Source: an uncultured Acidobacteriota bacterium
GTDB lineage: Bacteria > Acidobacteriota > Vicinamibacteria > Fen-336
Direction: 5' to 3'
Assembly: GCA_963720545.1 (NCBI GenBank)
Contig: OY970399.1
Location: forward strand, 128,001-192,000
DNA: 64,000 bases
This document shows, piece after piece, positions 23,749-33,343 of the stretch; position 1 is the stretch's first letter, and every line of letters starts with the position of its first letter. A program made the position numbers and the translations under genes. The notes beneath the pieces are model-generated. The model was not told the DNA's origin, searched no databases, and worked only from the letters and a program-made list of their open reading frames with translations.

Positions 23749-25095
23749 TCAAGAGTGGATGAGGCCCAGGACCTGGTCCCGCCGGCGCTCCATATCCGCC
23801 TCGTTGTACGCCTCGAGGTTGAGCCGGAGGAGGGGCTCGGTGTTCGAGCCCCGCACGTTGAAGTGCCAGTCGTCGTAATCGACCGAAAGGCCGTCCAGCT
23901 TGGTGATGCGAGCGTCCTTGAAGCTCTCCTCGATCCGCGCCAGCACCGCGCCGGCGTCCTTGACCTTGGAGTTGATCTCGCCGGAGATGTGATAGCGCTC
24001 ACGCAGCGGCTTCAACAGCTCGCTCAGCGGTTTTTTGGCTCGGCTCACCATCTCGAGGACCATCAGCGCCGGGATCATGCCGTTGTCGGCGAACCAGTTG
24101 TCGCGGAAGTAGAAGTGTCCGCTGACTTCGCCGCCGAAGACGCACCCTTCGGCGCGCATCCGCTGCTTGATGAAGGCGTGGCCGACGCGGTTCACGAGCG
24201 ACGAGCCGCCCGCCGCCTTCACGCGGTCGGCAACCGCGCGCGAGGCACGCACGTCGTAGAGGATCTTCGCGCCGGGAAAGCGGGCGCAGAACACCTCGCC
24301 GAGCAGGGCGGTGACGAAGTCGCCGGGCACGAATGTGCCGGTGTCGTCGATGAAAAAGCAGCGGTCGGCATCGCCGTCCCACGCAATCCCGAGTGCAGCG
24401 CCGTCGCTCTTGACGCGCGCCTCGATCTCGACGCGGTTCTCAGGCACGAGCGGATCGGGCGAATGGTTGGGGAAAGTGCCGTCCAGCTCGAAATAGAGCT
24501 TCACGAGGTCGAGCGGCAGCCGCGGCATGATGGCGCCGGCGCCGACGGCACCCATGCCGTTGCCGGTGTCGAGCACCACCTTCATCGGCTGGATCGCGCC
24601 CTGGTCGATGAACGACAGGCAATGGTTCGCGTAGTCCTCGCTGATGCTCGGGTGGCTCACGGTTCCGGGGGTGGCTGTCGGCGCGTCAAGAAACTTTCCG
24701 GCTTCGAGCGCCTCGCGGATTTCCTTGATGCCGGCGTCGCCCGACAGCGCCAGCGCGCCGCGGCGCACCATCTTGATGCCGTTGTATTCCTTCGGGTTGT
24801 GCGAGGCGGTGATGATGGCGCCGCCGTCGAGGTCGTGGCGCGCAGAGTAGAAATACAGCATGTCGGTGCCGGCGATGCCGATGTCGACGACGTCGCAGCC
24901 CTGTGCCGCGCAGCCCTGGATGAACGCGGCGGCGATCTCGGGCGAGGAGACGCGCACATCGCGGCCGACGGCGATCTTTTTCGCGCCGAGATAGTCGACG
25001 AACGCGCGGCCGACGCGCCGCGCCAGCTCGGCGTTGATCTGCGAAGGGTAGATGCCGCGGACGTCGTAGGCCTTGAAGACGCTGGGGTCGAGCAT
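23749..25095 (-). CDS. Phosphomannomutase/phosphoglucomutase
   Basis: FKAYDVRG, ITASHNP (phospho-Ser), DGDADR, GGEVSGH, RGSNTEP. Confidence 0.93.
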   Translation of the reverse strand: MLDPSVFKAYDVRGIYPSQINAELARRVGRAFVDYLGAKKIAVGRDVRVSSPEIAAAFIQGCAAQGCDVVDIGIAGTDMLYFYSARHDLDGGAIITASHNPKEYNGIKMVRRGALALSGDAGIKEIREALEAGKFLDAPTATPGTVSHPSISEDYANHCLSFIDQGAIQPMKVVLDTGNGMGAVGAGAIMPRLPLDLVKLYFELDGTFPNHSPDPLVPENRVEIEARVKSDGAALGIAWDGDADRCFFIDDTGTFVPGDFVTALLGEVFCARFPGAKILYDVRASRAVADRVKAAGGSSLVNRVGHAFIKQRMRAEGCVFGGEVSGHFYFRDNWFADNGMIPALMVLEMVSRAKKPLSELLKPLRERYHISGEINSKVKDAGAVLARIEESFKDARITKLDGLSVDYDDWHFNVRGSNTEPLLRLNLEAYNEADMERRRDQVLGLIHS

Positions 25096-25104
25096 GGCGC
25101 TCCT

Positions 25105-26157
25105 CTACTGGGTGCGGCTGTATGCGGTCAATGATGTGCCGTCTCCGAGGACGCTGCCCGGAAGGACTGCGGCGTGGCTGCCGATTTCACAGTTGCTCCC
25201 GAGGAGCGCGCCGCGCGCCGATGAGCCGCCGTGAAAGCGAGTGCCTTGCCATGCCACAGTGTCCGCCACCGAGGCGCCCTCTGCCAATTGCACCTCGTCG
25301 CCCAGGCAAGCGTCGGGCCCGACAACAGCGTCTTTTTCGATGACGCAGTCGGCGCCGATGTAGAACGGAGCGACGAGGCGTGCCGAGGGGGACACCGATG
25401 CAGTCTGGTGCACCCAGCCGCCGTCGCGCTGCTCGCCACCAATCGCGACCGGAAACGTCTGGCGCAGGACGTCGCGGTGCACCTGCAGATATTTCTCGGG
25501 CGTGCCGATGTCGATCCAGTAGCCGCGATGCACATGCGCGAACACCGGCGCGCCGCGCGCGAGCAGGCCGGGAAAGAACCCGCGCTCGATCGAGTGCACC
25601 GCGCCCTCGGGAATCGCAGCGAGCGCCGCCGTGTCGAGGACGTAGATGCCGGCGTTGATGGTATCGGTCGTGATCTCTTCCGGCTTCGGCTTCTCGATGA
25701 AGCGGGTGACGGCTTCGCCCCTGGTTTCGACGAGGCCGTAAGCCGCCGGGTTCGCAACCGGCGTCAGCACGATGGTCGCGGCGGCGCCGTTGCGGCGGTG
25801 CGCCGCCACCACCGCGGGCAGGTCCACGTCGGTGAGCACATCGCCGTTGAAGACGATGGTCGTGTCGTCGAGCCAGGGCACGGCGTTGCGCACCGCGCCG
25901 CCGGTGCCGAGCGGCGAGGCTTCGACCGCGTAGTGAATGCTGCGCCCGAGAGCCGAGCCGTCGCCGAACACTGCCTGCACGGCCTCAGGGCGATACGCCA
26001 CAGAGAACACGATGTCGCTGACCGCGACGGTGCTGAGCAGGTCGAGTTGATGGCGCAGGAAGGGGCGGTCTACCACCGGCACGACTGGCTTGGGCGTGCG
26101 CAGCGTCAACGGGCGCAGACGCGTTCCCTCGCCACCCGCGAGGATCACAGCTTTCAT
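25105..26157 (-). CDS. NDP-sugar pyrophosphorylase (mannose-1-phosphate guanylyltransferase-like) with LbH tail
   Basis: MKAVILAGGEGTRLRPLT..PKP, PLGTGG, NGDVL, FIEKP, YWIDIGTP; start ATG 26157. Confidence 0.88.
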   Translation of the reverse strand: MKAVILAGGEGTRLRPLTLRTPKPVVPVVDRPFLRHQLDLLSTVAVSDIVFSVAYRPEAVQAVFGDGSALGRSIHYAVEASPLGTGGAVRNAVPWLDDTTIVFNGDVLTDVDLPAVVAAHRRNGAAATIVLTPVANPAAYGLVETRGEAVTRFIEKPKPEEITTDTINAGIYVLDTAALAAIPEGAVHSIERGFFPGLLARGAPVFAHVHRGYWIDIGTPEKYLQVHRDVLRQTFPVAIGGEQRDGGWVHQTASVSPSARLVAPFYIGADCVIEKDAVVGPDACLGDEVQLAEGASVADTVAWQGTRFHGGSSARGALLGSNCEIGSHAAVLPGSVLGDGTSLTAYSRTQ

Positions 26158-26231
26158 GGGCGAGCCACGAGAGCATAGCTTATAGTTTGACGTTCCCCGC
26201 CCCATCTAGACGCCGTTCTGAAGAGGTTTGG

Positions 26232-27560
26232 TTGAGCACACATCTGCAGTCATTCCTGGACAAAGTCGCGGCCGGCAAGGCGCGCGTCGGCACCCTCGGG
26301 CTCGGCTACGTCGGCCTGCCGCTCTCGGTCGAGTTCGCATCCGCGGGCGTCTCGGTCACCGGCTTCGACCTCTCCGAGCGCAAGGTCGCCGCGGTGAAGA
26401 AGGGCGAGAGCTACATCAAGGACGTGCCGTCGTCGCGGCTCGCGCCGCTGGTGGCGAGCGGCATGCTCACCGCGTCCTCCGACTTCGACGGCCTGCGCGA
26501 CTGCGACGCGGTGATCATCTGCGTGCCGACGCCGCTGTCGAAGACCAAGGACCCCGACCTGCAGATGGTGGTGGACGCCTCGAAGGCGATCGCCGAGCGG
26601 CTGCGTCCCGGGCAGCTCGTGGTCCTCGAGAGCACCACGTATCCGGGCACCACCGAGGAGCTGATCCTGCCGCTGCTGAAAGCCAAGGGCGGCACGGTCG
26701 GCGACACCTTCTTCCTCGCGTTCTCGCCCGAGCGCGTCGATCCGGGGAACCCGAAGTTTCACACCCGCAACACGCCGAAGATCATCGGCGGCACCACCCC
26801 AAACTGCACGCAGGCGGCGAGCGCCCTCTACGGCAAGGCCATCGACCGCGTCATCCCGGTGTCGTCCACGCAGACGGCGGAGATGGTGAAGCTGCTCGAG
26901 AACACCTTCCGCAGCGTCAACATCGGCCTCGTCAACGAGGTCGCGCTCATGTGCGACCGGCTGCACGTGGACGTCTGGGAAGTGATCGACGCGGCGGCCA
27001 GCAAGCCCTTCGGCTTCATGCCGTTCTATCCGGGGCCCGGCCTCGGCGGCCACTGCATTCCGATCGACCCGCTTTACTTGTCGTGGAAGCTGAAGACGCT
27101 CAACTACCGCGCGCGCTTCATCGAACTGGCGGGCGAGATCAACTCGGGGATGCCCGAGTACGTCTGCAACAAGGCGGCCGACCTGCTCAACACCCGCGAG
27201 CGCTCGGTGAAGGGCAGCAAGATCCTGGTCGTGGGCGTCGCCTACAAGAAGGACATCGAGGACGTGCGCGAGTCGCCGGCCCTCGACATCATCCGCCTGC
27301 TGTCGGAGAAGGGCGCCAAGGTCAGCTATCACGATCCGTTCGTGCCGCATCTCGACTTCGAGGCCGAGGGCTCGCACCTGGTGCACGAGCCGCTGAGCTC
27401 GATCGACCCGGTCGCGGGCGCGAAGGCCGCCGACCTCGTGGTGATCGTCACCGAGCACACCGCGGTTGACACCAGGAAGATCGTTGAAGCGGCGAGCCTC
27501 GTCCTCGACACCAGGAACGCCACCAAGGGCATCGTTTCCGACAAGATCCTGAAAATCTGA
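26232..27560 (+). CDS. UDP-N-acetylhexosamine dehydrogenase (WbpA/WecC/TviB family)
   Basis: GLGYVGLP, CVPTP, ESTTYPGTT, FSPER, KLLENTFR, GGHCIP; TTG 26232 follows a GAGG SD. Confidence 0.9.
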   Translation: MSTHLQSFLDKVAAGKARVGTLGLGYVGLPLSVEFASAGVSVTGFDLSERKVAAVKKGESYIKDVPSSRLAPLVASGMLTASSDFDGLRDCDAVIICVPTPLSKTKDPDLQMVVDASKAIAERLRPGQLVVLESTTYPGTTEELILPLLKAKGGTVGDTFFLAFSPERVDPGNPKFHTRNTPKIIGGTTPNCTQAASALYGKAIDRVIPVSSTQTAEMVKLLENTFRSVNIGLVNEVALMCDRLHVDVWEVIDAAASKPFGFMPFYPGPGLGGHCIPIDPLYLSWKLKTLNYRARFIELAGEINSGMPEYVCNKAADLLNTRERSVKGSKILVVGVAYKKDIEDVRESPALDIIRLLSEKGAKVSYHDPFVPHLDFEAEGSHLVHEPLSSIDPVAGAKAADLVVIVTEHTAVDTRKIVEAASLVLDTRNATKGIVSDKILKI

Positions 27561-28102
27561 ACCTACCCAACGCGTTAACGCTCCTTCGCATCTTCCTGGT
27601 CCCGGTCCTGGTGGTGGTGCTGCTCACCCGGACCGAGAAGGGCCTGTTCCTCGGCGTCTTCGTGTTCGGCGTCGGCGTCCTCACCGACTACCTCGACGGC
27701 TACTTCGCCCGCCGCCGCAACCAGATCACCAAGCTCGGCATCCTGCTCGACCCGCTCGCCGACAAGCTGCTGACCGCGGCGGCGTTCCTTTCGCTGCTGG
27801 AGCGCGGCGCCATCCCGGCGTGGGTGGTCCTCATCATCCTCGGCCGCGAACTCGCGGTGACCGCGCTGCGCAACGTCGCCGCCAGCCGCGGCGTCCTCAT
27901 CCCGTCGTCGCCGCTCGGCAAGTGGAAGATGGTGACGCAGGTCGTCGCTATTTTCATCCTGCTCCTCGGCGAGCGCTTCCTGCAGCTGGAACCCCTCGCA
28001 CGCCCACTGATGTGGATCGTGGTGGTCATGACGTTGCTCTCAGGCTTCGACTACTTCCGCCGCTTCTGGCAAGCGGCCTTCGGCACCACCCGCTCGGCTT
28101 AG
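27557..28102 (+). CDS. pgsA: CDP-diacylglycerol--glycerol-3-phosphate 3-phosphatidyltransferase
   Basis: (M)NLPNALTLLRI N-terminus and D..DG..AR....T..G..LDPLADK CDP-alcohol motif; the full-length protein needs a CTG start at 27557. Confidence 0.9.
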   Translation: MNLPNALTLLRIFLVPVLVVVLLTRTEKGLFLGVFVFGVGVLTDYLDGYFARRRNQITKLGILLDPLADKLLTAAAFLSLLERGAIPAWVVLIILGRELAVTALRNVAASRGVLIPSSPLGKWKMVTQVVAIFILLLGERFLQLEPLARPLMWIVVVMTLLSGFDYFRRFWQAAFGTTRSA

Positions 28103-29556
28103 CCCGCCGGCGGTTCGGCCTTGTGATGCTCGGTCGCGGCCTCGAAAGCGGCGGCGGTGCGGAACAGCGTGGCTTCGTCCCAAGGTTTGCCGAGGAACTG
28201 AAGGCCGACCGGTAGGCCGTCGACGAAACCGCCCGGTACGGACAGCCCAGGATTGCCGGCGAGGTTTGCGGGGACGGTGAAGTAGTCGGCGAGGTACATC
28301 TGCAGGGGGTCGTCGGTCTTTTCGCCGAAGCGGAATGCCGGCGTTGGGGTGGTCGGCGTTGCGATCACGTCGGCTTTGGCGAACGCAGCCTCGAAGTCGC
28401 GGCGGATGAGGGTGCGGACCTTCTGGGCGCGCACGTAATAGGCATCGTAGTAGCCGGATGACAGCACGAAGGTGCCGAGCATGATGCGGCGCTTCACCTC
28501 GTCGCCGAAGCCGGCTTCGCGGCTGGCGCCGTACATCGAGAGCAGGGTGCCCGTGCCGGGGGCGCGCAGGCCGTAGCGCACGCCGTCGAAGCGTGCCAGG
28601 TTCGAGGACGCTTCGGCGGTGGCGACGATGTAGTAGGTGGCGATCGCGTGGTGCATGTGCGGCAGCTCGATGTCCACGAGTTCCGCGCCGCGTTCGCGCA
28701 AGACTTCGAGCGACGTCTCGAAGACGCCGCGCACCTCGTCACCAAGCCCTTCGGCGAGCACCGATCTTGGGACACCGATACGCAGGCCGGAAAGAGCGGT
28801 GCCAAGGGTGCTCCTGAGGTCGCCGACCGGCACCGGCGCGCTGGTGGAGTCGAGCGGGTCGATGCCGAACATCGCTTCGCAGGTGGCGGCGGCGTCGGCG
28901 ACGGTGCGCGAGAACACCCCCACCTGGTCGAGCGACGAGGCGAACGCGACGAGCCCGTAACGGCTGACGCGGCCGTAGGTCGGCTTGAGGCCGACAACAC
29001 CGCAGAGGGCGGCTGGCTGGCGGATCGAGCCGCCGGTGTCGGTGCCGAGCGCGAGCGGCGCCATGTTCGCGGCGACAGCGGCAGCGGAGCCGCCGGATGA
29101 ACCACCGGGGACGCGGCCGAGGTCCCAAGGGTTTTTGGTCTTGCCGTAGGCGCTGTGTTCGGTGGAGGAGCCCATCGCGAACTCGTCCATGTTGGTCTTG
29201 CCGATGACGATCGCGCCGCGTGCCTCGAGGCGCTCGATGCACGTGGCGGTGAACGGCGGTCGGTAGTGCTCGAGGATCTTCGAGCCGCAGGTCGTCACTT
29301 CGCCGGCGAGGTCGAGCACGTCCTTGACGGCGAACGGTACGCCCGCGAGCGGCAGGGAAGCGCCCCCGGCCACTGCCTGGTCCACCTCGGCCGCGCGGCG
29401 GCGCGCGCGTTCGTCGAGGACCGCGCGAAACGCCTCGATGCTTTTGTCGCGCTCCGCAATGCGGGCGAGGTGCTCGTCTATGACCTCGGCGGCGCTGCGC
29501 TCGCGCGAGGAGACGGCGGCTGCGATCTCGAGGGCACTCGTCAACGCGTCAGCCAA
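28099..29556 (-). CDS. gatA: Glu/Asp-tRNA amidotransferase subunit A
   Basis: GKTNMDEFAMGSS, PGGSSGGS, GTDTGGSIRQPA, ASSNLARFDG, EVKRRIMLGTFVLS. Confidence 0.96.
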   Translation of the reverse strand: MADALTSALEIAAAVSSRERSAAEVIDEHLARIAERDKSIEAFRAVLDERARRRAAEVDQAVAGGASLPLAGVPFAVKDVLDLAGEVTTCGSKILEHYRPPFTATCIERLEARGAIVIGKTNMDEFAMGSSTEHSAYGKTKNPWDLGRVPGGSSGGSAAAVAANMAPLALGTDTGGSIRQPAALCGVVGLKPTYGRVSRYGLVAFASSLDQVGVFSRTVADAAATCEAMFGIDPLDSTSAPVPVGDLRSTLGTALSGLRIGVPRSVLAEGLGDEVRGVFETSLEVLRERGAELVDIELPHMHHAIATYYIVATAEASSNLARFDGVRYGLRAPGTGTLLSMYGASREAGFGDEVKRRIMLGTFVLSSGYYDAYYVRAQKVRTLIRRDFEAAFAKADVIATPTTPTPAFRFGEKTDDPLQMYLADYFTVPANLAGNPGLSVPGGFVDGLPVGLQFLGKPWDEATLFRTAAAFEAATEHHKAEPPAG

Positions 29557-29836
29557 TGATTCGCGGCACGCGGAAGAGGCCCGAGTCGGGATCGGGCGCC
29601 TGAGCCAGCGCTTCGTCTCGGCGAAGTTCCGCTCCGGGAGTGTCCTCCCTCAGGCTCTCGACCGCAGCCGCGTGGCTCATCGGCGGCACGGCGTCGATGG
29701 GCAGGGCGGAAAGGCTGTTGGCGTACTCGAGGATCTGGCCCAGGTGGCGGGCGAATACCGGCTTTTCTTCGTCGCGCAGCTCCAGGTGCGCGAGCTTCGC
29801 GAGGTGTTCGACGGTCTTCTCTGTGATCGGCTCCAT
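29549..29836 (-). CDS. gatC: Glu/Asp-tRNA amidotransferase subunit C
   Basis: VEHLAKLAHL..IL.Y...L, LRED, FRVPRII; coupled to gatA. Confidence 0.93.
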   Translation of the reverse strand: MEPITEKTVEHLAKLAHLELRDEEKPVFARHLGQILEYANSLSALPIDAVPPMSHAAAVESLREDTPGAELRRDEALAQAPDPDSGLFRVPRIIG

Positions 29837-29846
29837 GCGGTGACGC

Positions 29847-29854
29847 TAATATTA
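29847..29854. promoter_or_regulatory. Bidirectional -10 element (TAATATTA) between gatC and the YIP1 gene
   Basis: Palindrome gives TAATAT on both strands inside a 27-bp divergent gap. Confidence 0.55.
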
Positions 29855-29863
29855 ACGGCCACA

Positions 29864-30697
29864 ATGCAATGCCCCAACTGCGGCGCCTCGATCAAGCCGT
29901 CGCTCGCGTTCTGCGTCGAGTGCGGCCAGCCGGTGTCGCCGACGAGTCGTGCCGACAACTATCGCCCCACGCCGCCGCCCTGGCCGGGCGCGAGCGAGGA
30001 AGCGTCGCTGCCGCCGCCGACACCGAGCCGGCCAGTGGGAGTTCCCTGGGAAGACAAGACGCGCGGCAGCGTTCTCGACCGCCTTGTCGACACCACGCGC
30101 AAGGTGCTGAGCGCACCGACCGATTTTTTCCGCAGCGTCACCACCGGCACCGGCAACTACGTGGACCCAGTCGGCTACAGCGTCATCCTGCAGTCTCTCG
30201 CTGGCTGGGTGGGTATCGTCTACGGGCTCGTCATCGAGCGCACGATGGGTGCTTTCGTTCCGACGGTGCCGGCGCAGTACGAGCCGTTCGTTGGACCGCT
30301 GCTCGGCGCCGTTGGCCTCGGTGAGGCCGTCATCCGCGGCATCCTCATTCCGGTGATCGCCGCCATCTGGGTGTTCATCGCGGCAGGCATCCTGCACCTC
30401 CTCCTGTTGCTCCTGGGCGGGGCCCGCAACGGGTTCGAGGGCACCCTGAAGGTGGTCTGCTATGTGGCCGGAGCCGCATCGCTCATCACGATCGTGCCGA
30501 TCTGCGGCAACCTGCTGATTATCCCCCTGTCGTTGTTCCTCGAGGTGATCGGCATTTCCGAGGTGCACGGGATCTCACGCGGCAAGGCGGCGGTCGCGGT
30601 GCTGCTGCCCATCTTCCTGTGTTGCTGCTTGTTGTTCGGCGTGGGGATGGTGGCCGCGATCGCACTGCCGTCGCTCCTCGGGAACCTCGGCCAGTGA
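29864..30697 (+). CDS. Zn-ribbon + YIP1-family membrane protein
   Basis: MQCPNCG..FCVECG, Pro-rich linker, PWE..VLSAPTDFF, about five TM helices, GISEVHGISRGKA. Confidence 0.78.
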   Translation: MQCPNCGASIKPSLAFCVECGQPVSPTSRADNYRPTPPPWPGASEEASLPPPTPSRPVGVPWEDKTRGSVLDRLVDTTRKVLSAPTDFFRSVTTGTGNYVDPVGYSVILQSLAGWVGIVYGLVIERTMGAFVPTVPAQYEPFVGPLLGAVGLGEAVIRGILIPVIAAIWVFIAAGILHLLLLLLGGARNGFEGTLKVVCYVAGAASLITIVPICGNLLIIPLSLFLEVIGISEVHGISRGKAAVAVLLPIFLCCCLLFGVGMVAAIALPSLLGNLGQ

Positions 30698-31134
30698 ACG
30701 AGACACACGCCACTTTGCTGCCGGGGGGCGTGCGGCTGCACGTGGCGCCCGGGCGCTTCCCGGTGTTCGCGGCACTCGGCGCGGCCGGTGTCGCGGCCGC
30801 GTTTGGCGTACGCCTGCTGCACCTCGACCGGCTTGGCTTCCCGCTCTGCATGTTCAAGGCGCTCACCGGCATCCCGTGCATGACGTGTGGCAGCACGCGC
30901 GCGCTCGGCCTGCTGGCGTACGGCGATGCGGTGGCTGCATTCGCAATGAACCCGCTGGTCGCCGCTTCCGCCGCGGTGCTCTCGCTGCTGGCGGTTGCAG
31001 ATCTCGCGGGGTACGCCTCGCGCGGCCGTGTCCTCAGCTTCAGTGCATCGCCGGGCGCGGCGCGCGCACTGCGCATCCTGGTCCCCGTCGCCCTGCTCCT
31101 GAACTGGATCTACCTCATCGCCGCCGGCCGCTAG
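30694..31134 (+). CDS. DUF2752-like membrane protein
   Basis: CMFKALTGIPCMTCGSTRA..GD...AFAMNP; GTGA overlap with the YIP1 gene. Confidence 0.8.
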   Translation: MNETHATLLPGGVRLHVAPGRFPVFAALGAAGVAAAFGVRLLHLDRLGFPLCMFKALTGIPCMTCGSTRALGLLAYGDAVAAFAMNPLVAASAAVLSLLAVADLAGYASRGRVLSFSASPGAARALRILVPVALLLNWIYLIAAGR

Positions 31135-31178
31135 GCCGGCGCTCACAGCCGCCGCGAGCCGCCACTTATACTCTCGCC

Positions 31179-32147
31179 GTGACTGAAGCGAGTGCCGCCG
31201 CGAGCCGTGCGTCCGTCGCCGTGTCGGTCGTCATCCCGGTGCAAAACGAAGCCGGCAACATCGATGACCTGCACCGGGAACTGAGCGCGGCGCTTGCGGG
31301 CACGCAGTCCTACGAGATCATCATCGTGGACGACGGCTCCACCGACGACACGCTCCTGAAGCTGCGGGCGCTCGCCGCCAAAGATGCGCGGGTGCGGGTG
31401 CTGCGCCTGCGCCGCAACTTCGGCCAGACCGCCGCGTTCTCCGCCGGCTTCGACCACGCCCGCGGCGACGTCATCGTCACCTCGGACGGCGACCTGCAGA
31501 ACGATCCCGCGGACATCCCGCGCCTCGTCGCCAAGCTCGACGAAGGCTACGACATGGTGTGCGGCTGGCGGCAGAGCCGCAAGGATCCGCTATCGAAGAA
31601 GGTGCCGTCCTTCTTCGCCAACCGGCTGATCTCGTGGGCGACTGGCGTGAAGCTGCACGACTACGGCTGTTCGCTGAAGGCGATGCGCGCCGACCTGGTG
31701 AAGAACCTGCGCCTCTACGGCGAGATGCACCGCTTCATACCTGCGGTCGCCTCGTGGATGGGCGTGACGCTCGCCGAGGTGCCGGTGAACCACCGCCCGC
31801 GGACCCGCGGCAGCAGCAAGTACGGCATCGGCCGCACCGCGCGCGTGCTGATCGACCTCTTCACCGTGAAGTTCCTGCTCGCGTACGGCACGCGGCCCGC
31901 GCACCTCTTCGGCCTGATGGGCCTCGCGTGCAGTCTGCTGGGGTTTGCGATCCTCGGCTATCTCGCCTGGATCCGGCTGTTCGCCGACCAGGCGATCGGC
32001 GGTCGCCCGCTGCTGCTGCTGGGCGCGCTGCTGTTCCTCACCGGCATCCTGCTCGTGAACTTCGGGTTGATGGGCGAAATGCTGATGCGCACCTATCACG
32101 AGAGCCAGGACAAGCCGATCTACGTCCTCAAGGAGGAGATCGGCTGA
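31179..32147 (+). CDS. GT2 polyprenol-phosphate glycosyltransferase (ArnC/DPM1-like)
   Basis: VVIPVQNE, VDDGSTD, RNFGQTAA, DGDLQNDP, HDYGCSLKA, GEMHRFIP, two C-terminal TM helices; GTG 31179 lies 6 nt after TATACT. Confidence 0.9.
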   Translation: MTEASAAASRASVAVSVVIPVQNEAGNIDDLHRELSAALAGTQSYEIIIVDDGSTDDTLLKLRALAAKDARVRVLRLRRNFGQTAAFSAGFDHARGDVIVTSDGDLQNDPADIPRLVAKLDEGYDMVCGWRQSRKDPLSKKVPSFFANRLISWATGVKLHDYGCSLKAMRADLVKNLRLYGEMHRFIPAVASWMGVTLAEVPVNHRPRTRGSSKYGIGRTARVLIDLFTVKFLLAYGTRPAHLFGLMGLACSLLGFAILGYLAWIRLFADQAIGGRPLLLLGALLFLTGILLVNFGLMGEMLMRTYHESQDKPIYVLKEEIG

Positions 32148-33343
32148 CGCGGGTCCTGTTCCTCGCCGAATCGTTCCATCCCGTGCTCGGCGGGGGCGAG
32201 CGGCACCTGCGTTCCCTGGGCGCCGCACTCGTCGCGTCGGGCAGCGAGGCGGTCGTGGTCACGCGCCGCACCGATGCGGCGTGGCCGGCGGAAGAAGTGC
32301 TCGACGGCATCGCGGTACGCCGCGTCGGGCCGGCCGGGCGTGGGCGCGCCGGCAAGTTCGCGATGGTGCCGGCAGCCCTTCGCGAAGTGCGCCGGCTCCG
32401 CCACTCCTTCGACGTGCTGGTGGTGCGCGGTACGCGCGTCCTCGGCGCGCCGGCCGTGGCGCTCGCGCGCTGGATGCGCAAGCCGGTCATCCTGCAACCG
32501 GAAGTGAACGGCGAGTTCTCCGGCGAGGTGTTCACCTGGGGCAAGCCGTGGGCGCGCGGCGTCGCCGGCCGGCTGGTGCGCGAGGCTGCGGCGCTGCGCC
32601 TGCCCTGGCTCACCGATGCCGATGCGGTCGTCGCCATGTCGCACCTGATCGCGCACGAGGCGGGCCGCGCAGGCTTTGCGCGCGAGCGCATCCACCTCAT
32701 TCCGCACGGCATCGATCTGGCGCGCTTCCATCCCGTGCCGCGCGCCGAGCGCGCCGCGATCAGGCGCCGCCTTGGCCTCGACGAGCGCATGTGGATCGTC
32801 TCCACCGGCCGCCTGCTGCGCGGCAAGGGGCTCGAGAGCCTGGTCGATGCGTTCGCTTCGTTGCGCGAGCGCTTCCCGCGTGCGTCGCTGCACATCGTCG
32901 GCTCCGGGGACGGGCAGCCACTCTCGATCGAGACGCAGCTGCGCTTGCGCGCTGCGAGCCTGGGAGACGCCGTGCGCTTCACCGGCCGTGTCGAAAACAT
33001 CGAGGAGTACCTGCAGGCGGCCGACGTGTTCGCGTTTCCCTCGGAGTACGAAGCGCTGGGGCTGTCCCTGATCGAAGCAGCCGCCTGCGGCCTGCCGTGC
33101 ATCGGCTCGCGTACGGGCGGCATCGTGGACGTCATCGACGACGGCGTCACCGGGCTGCTGGTGCCGCCGCGCGACACGCAGGCGCTTGCCGAGGCGCTCG
33201 CGCGCCTGCTCGCGGACGATCGCGAGACGGAAGCGTTGCGCGCTGCGTTCGGTGCGGCGGCGGCCGAACGGGCGCGCGCTGGTTTCGACGAGCGCCACGC
33301 ACTGGTCCGCTACCGCAGCCTGTTCGCCGAGACCTCGGCGTGA
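32144..33343 (+). CDS. GT4 glycosyltransferase
   Basis: (M)TRVLFL..GGGE, IPHGID, GRL..GKG, FPSEYEALGLSLIEAAACG; needs a CTG start at 32144 behind AGGAGG. Confidence 0.87.
   Translation: MTRVLFLAESFHPVLGGGERHLRSLGAALVASGSEAVVVTRRTDAAWPAEEVLDGIAVRRVGPAGRGRAGKFAMVPAALREVRRLRHSFDVLVVRGTRVLGAPAVALARWMRKPVILQPEVNGEFSGEVFTWGKPWARGVAGRLVREAAALRLPWLTDADAVVAMSHLIAHEAGRAGFARERIHLIPHGIDLARFHPVPRAERAAIRRRLGLDERMWIVSTGRLLRGKGLESLVDAFASLRERFPRASLHIVGSGDGQPLSIETQLRLRAASLGDAVRFTGRVENIEEYLQAADVFAFPSEYEALGLSLIEAAACGLPCIGSRTGGIVDVIDDGVTGLLVPPRDTQALAEALARLLADDRETEALRAAFGAAAAERARAGFDERHALVRYRSLFAETSA

Noticed and set aside
27557..32147. Stop readthrough or selenocysteine fusion at the CTGA junctions
   Set aside because: Downstream genes are in a different frame from the TGA, so readthrough would not fuse them; both upstream proteins end at normal family lengths
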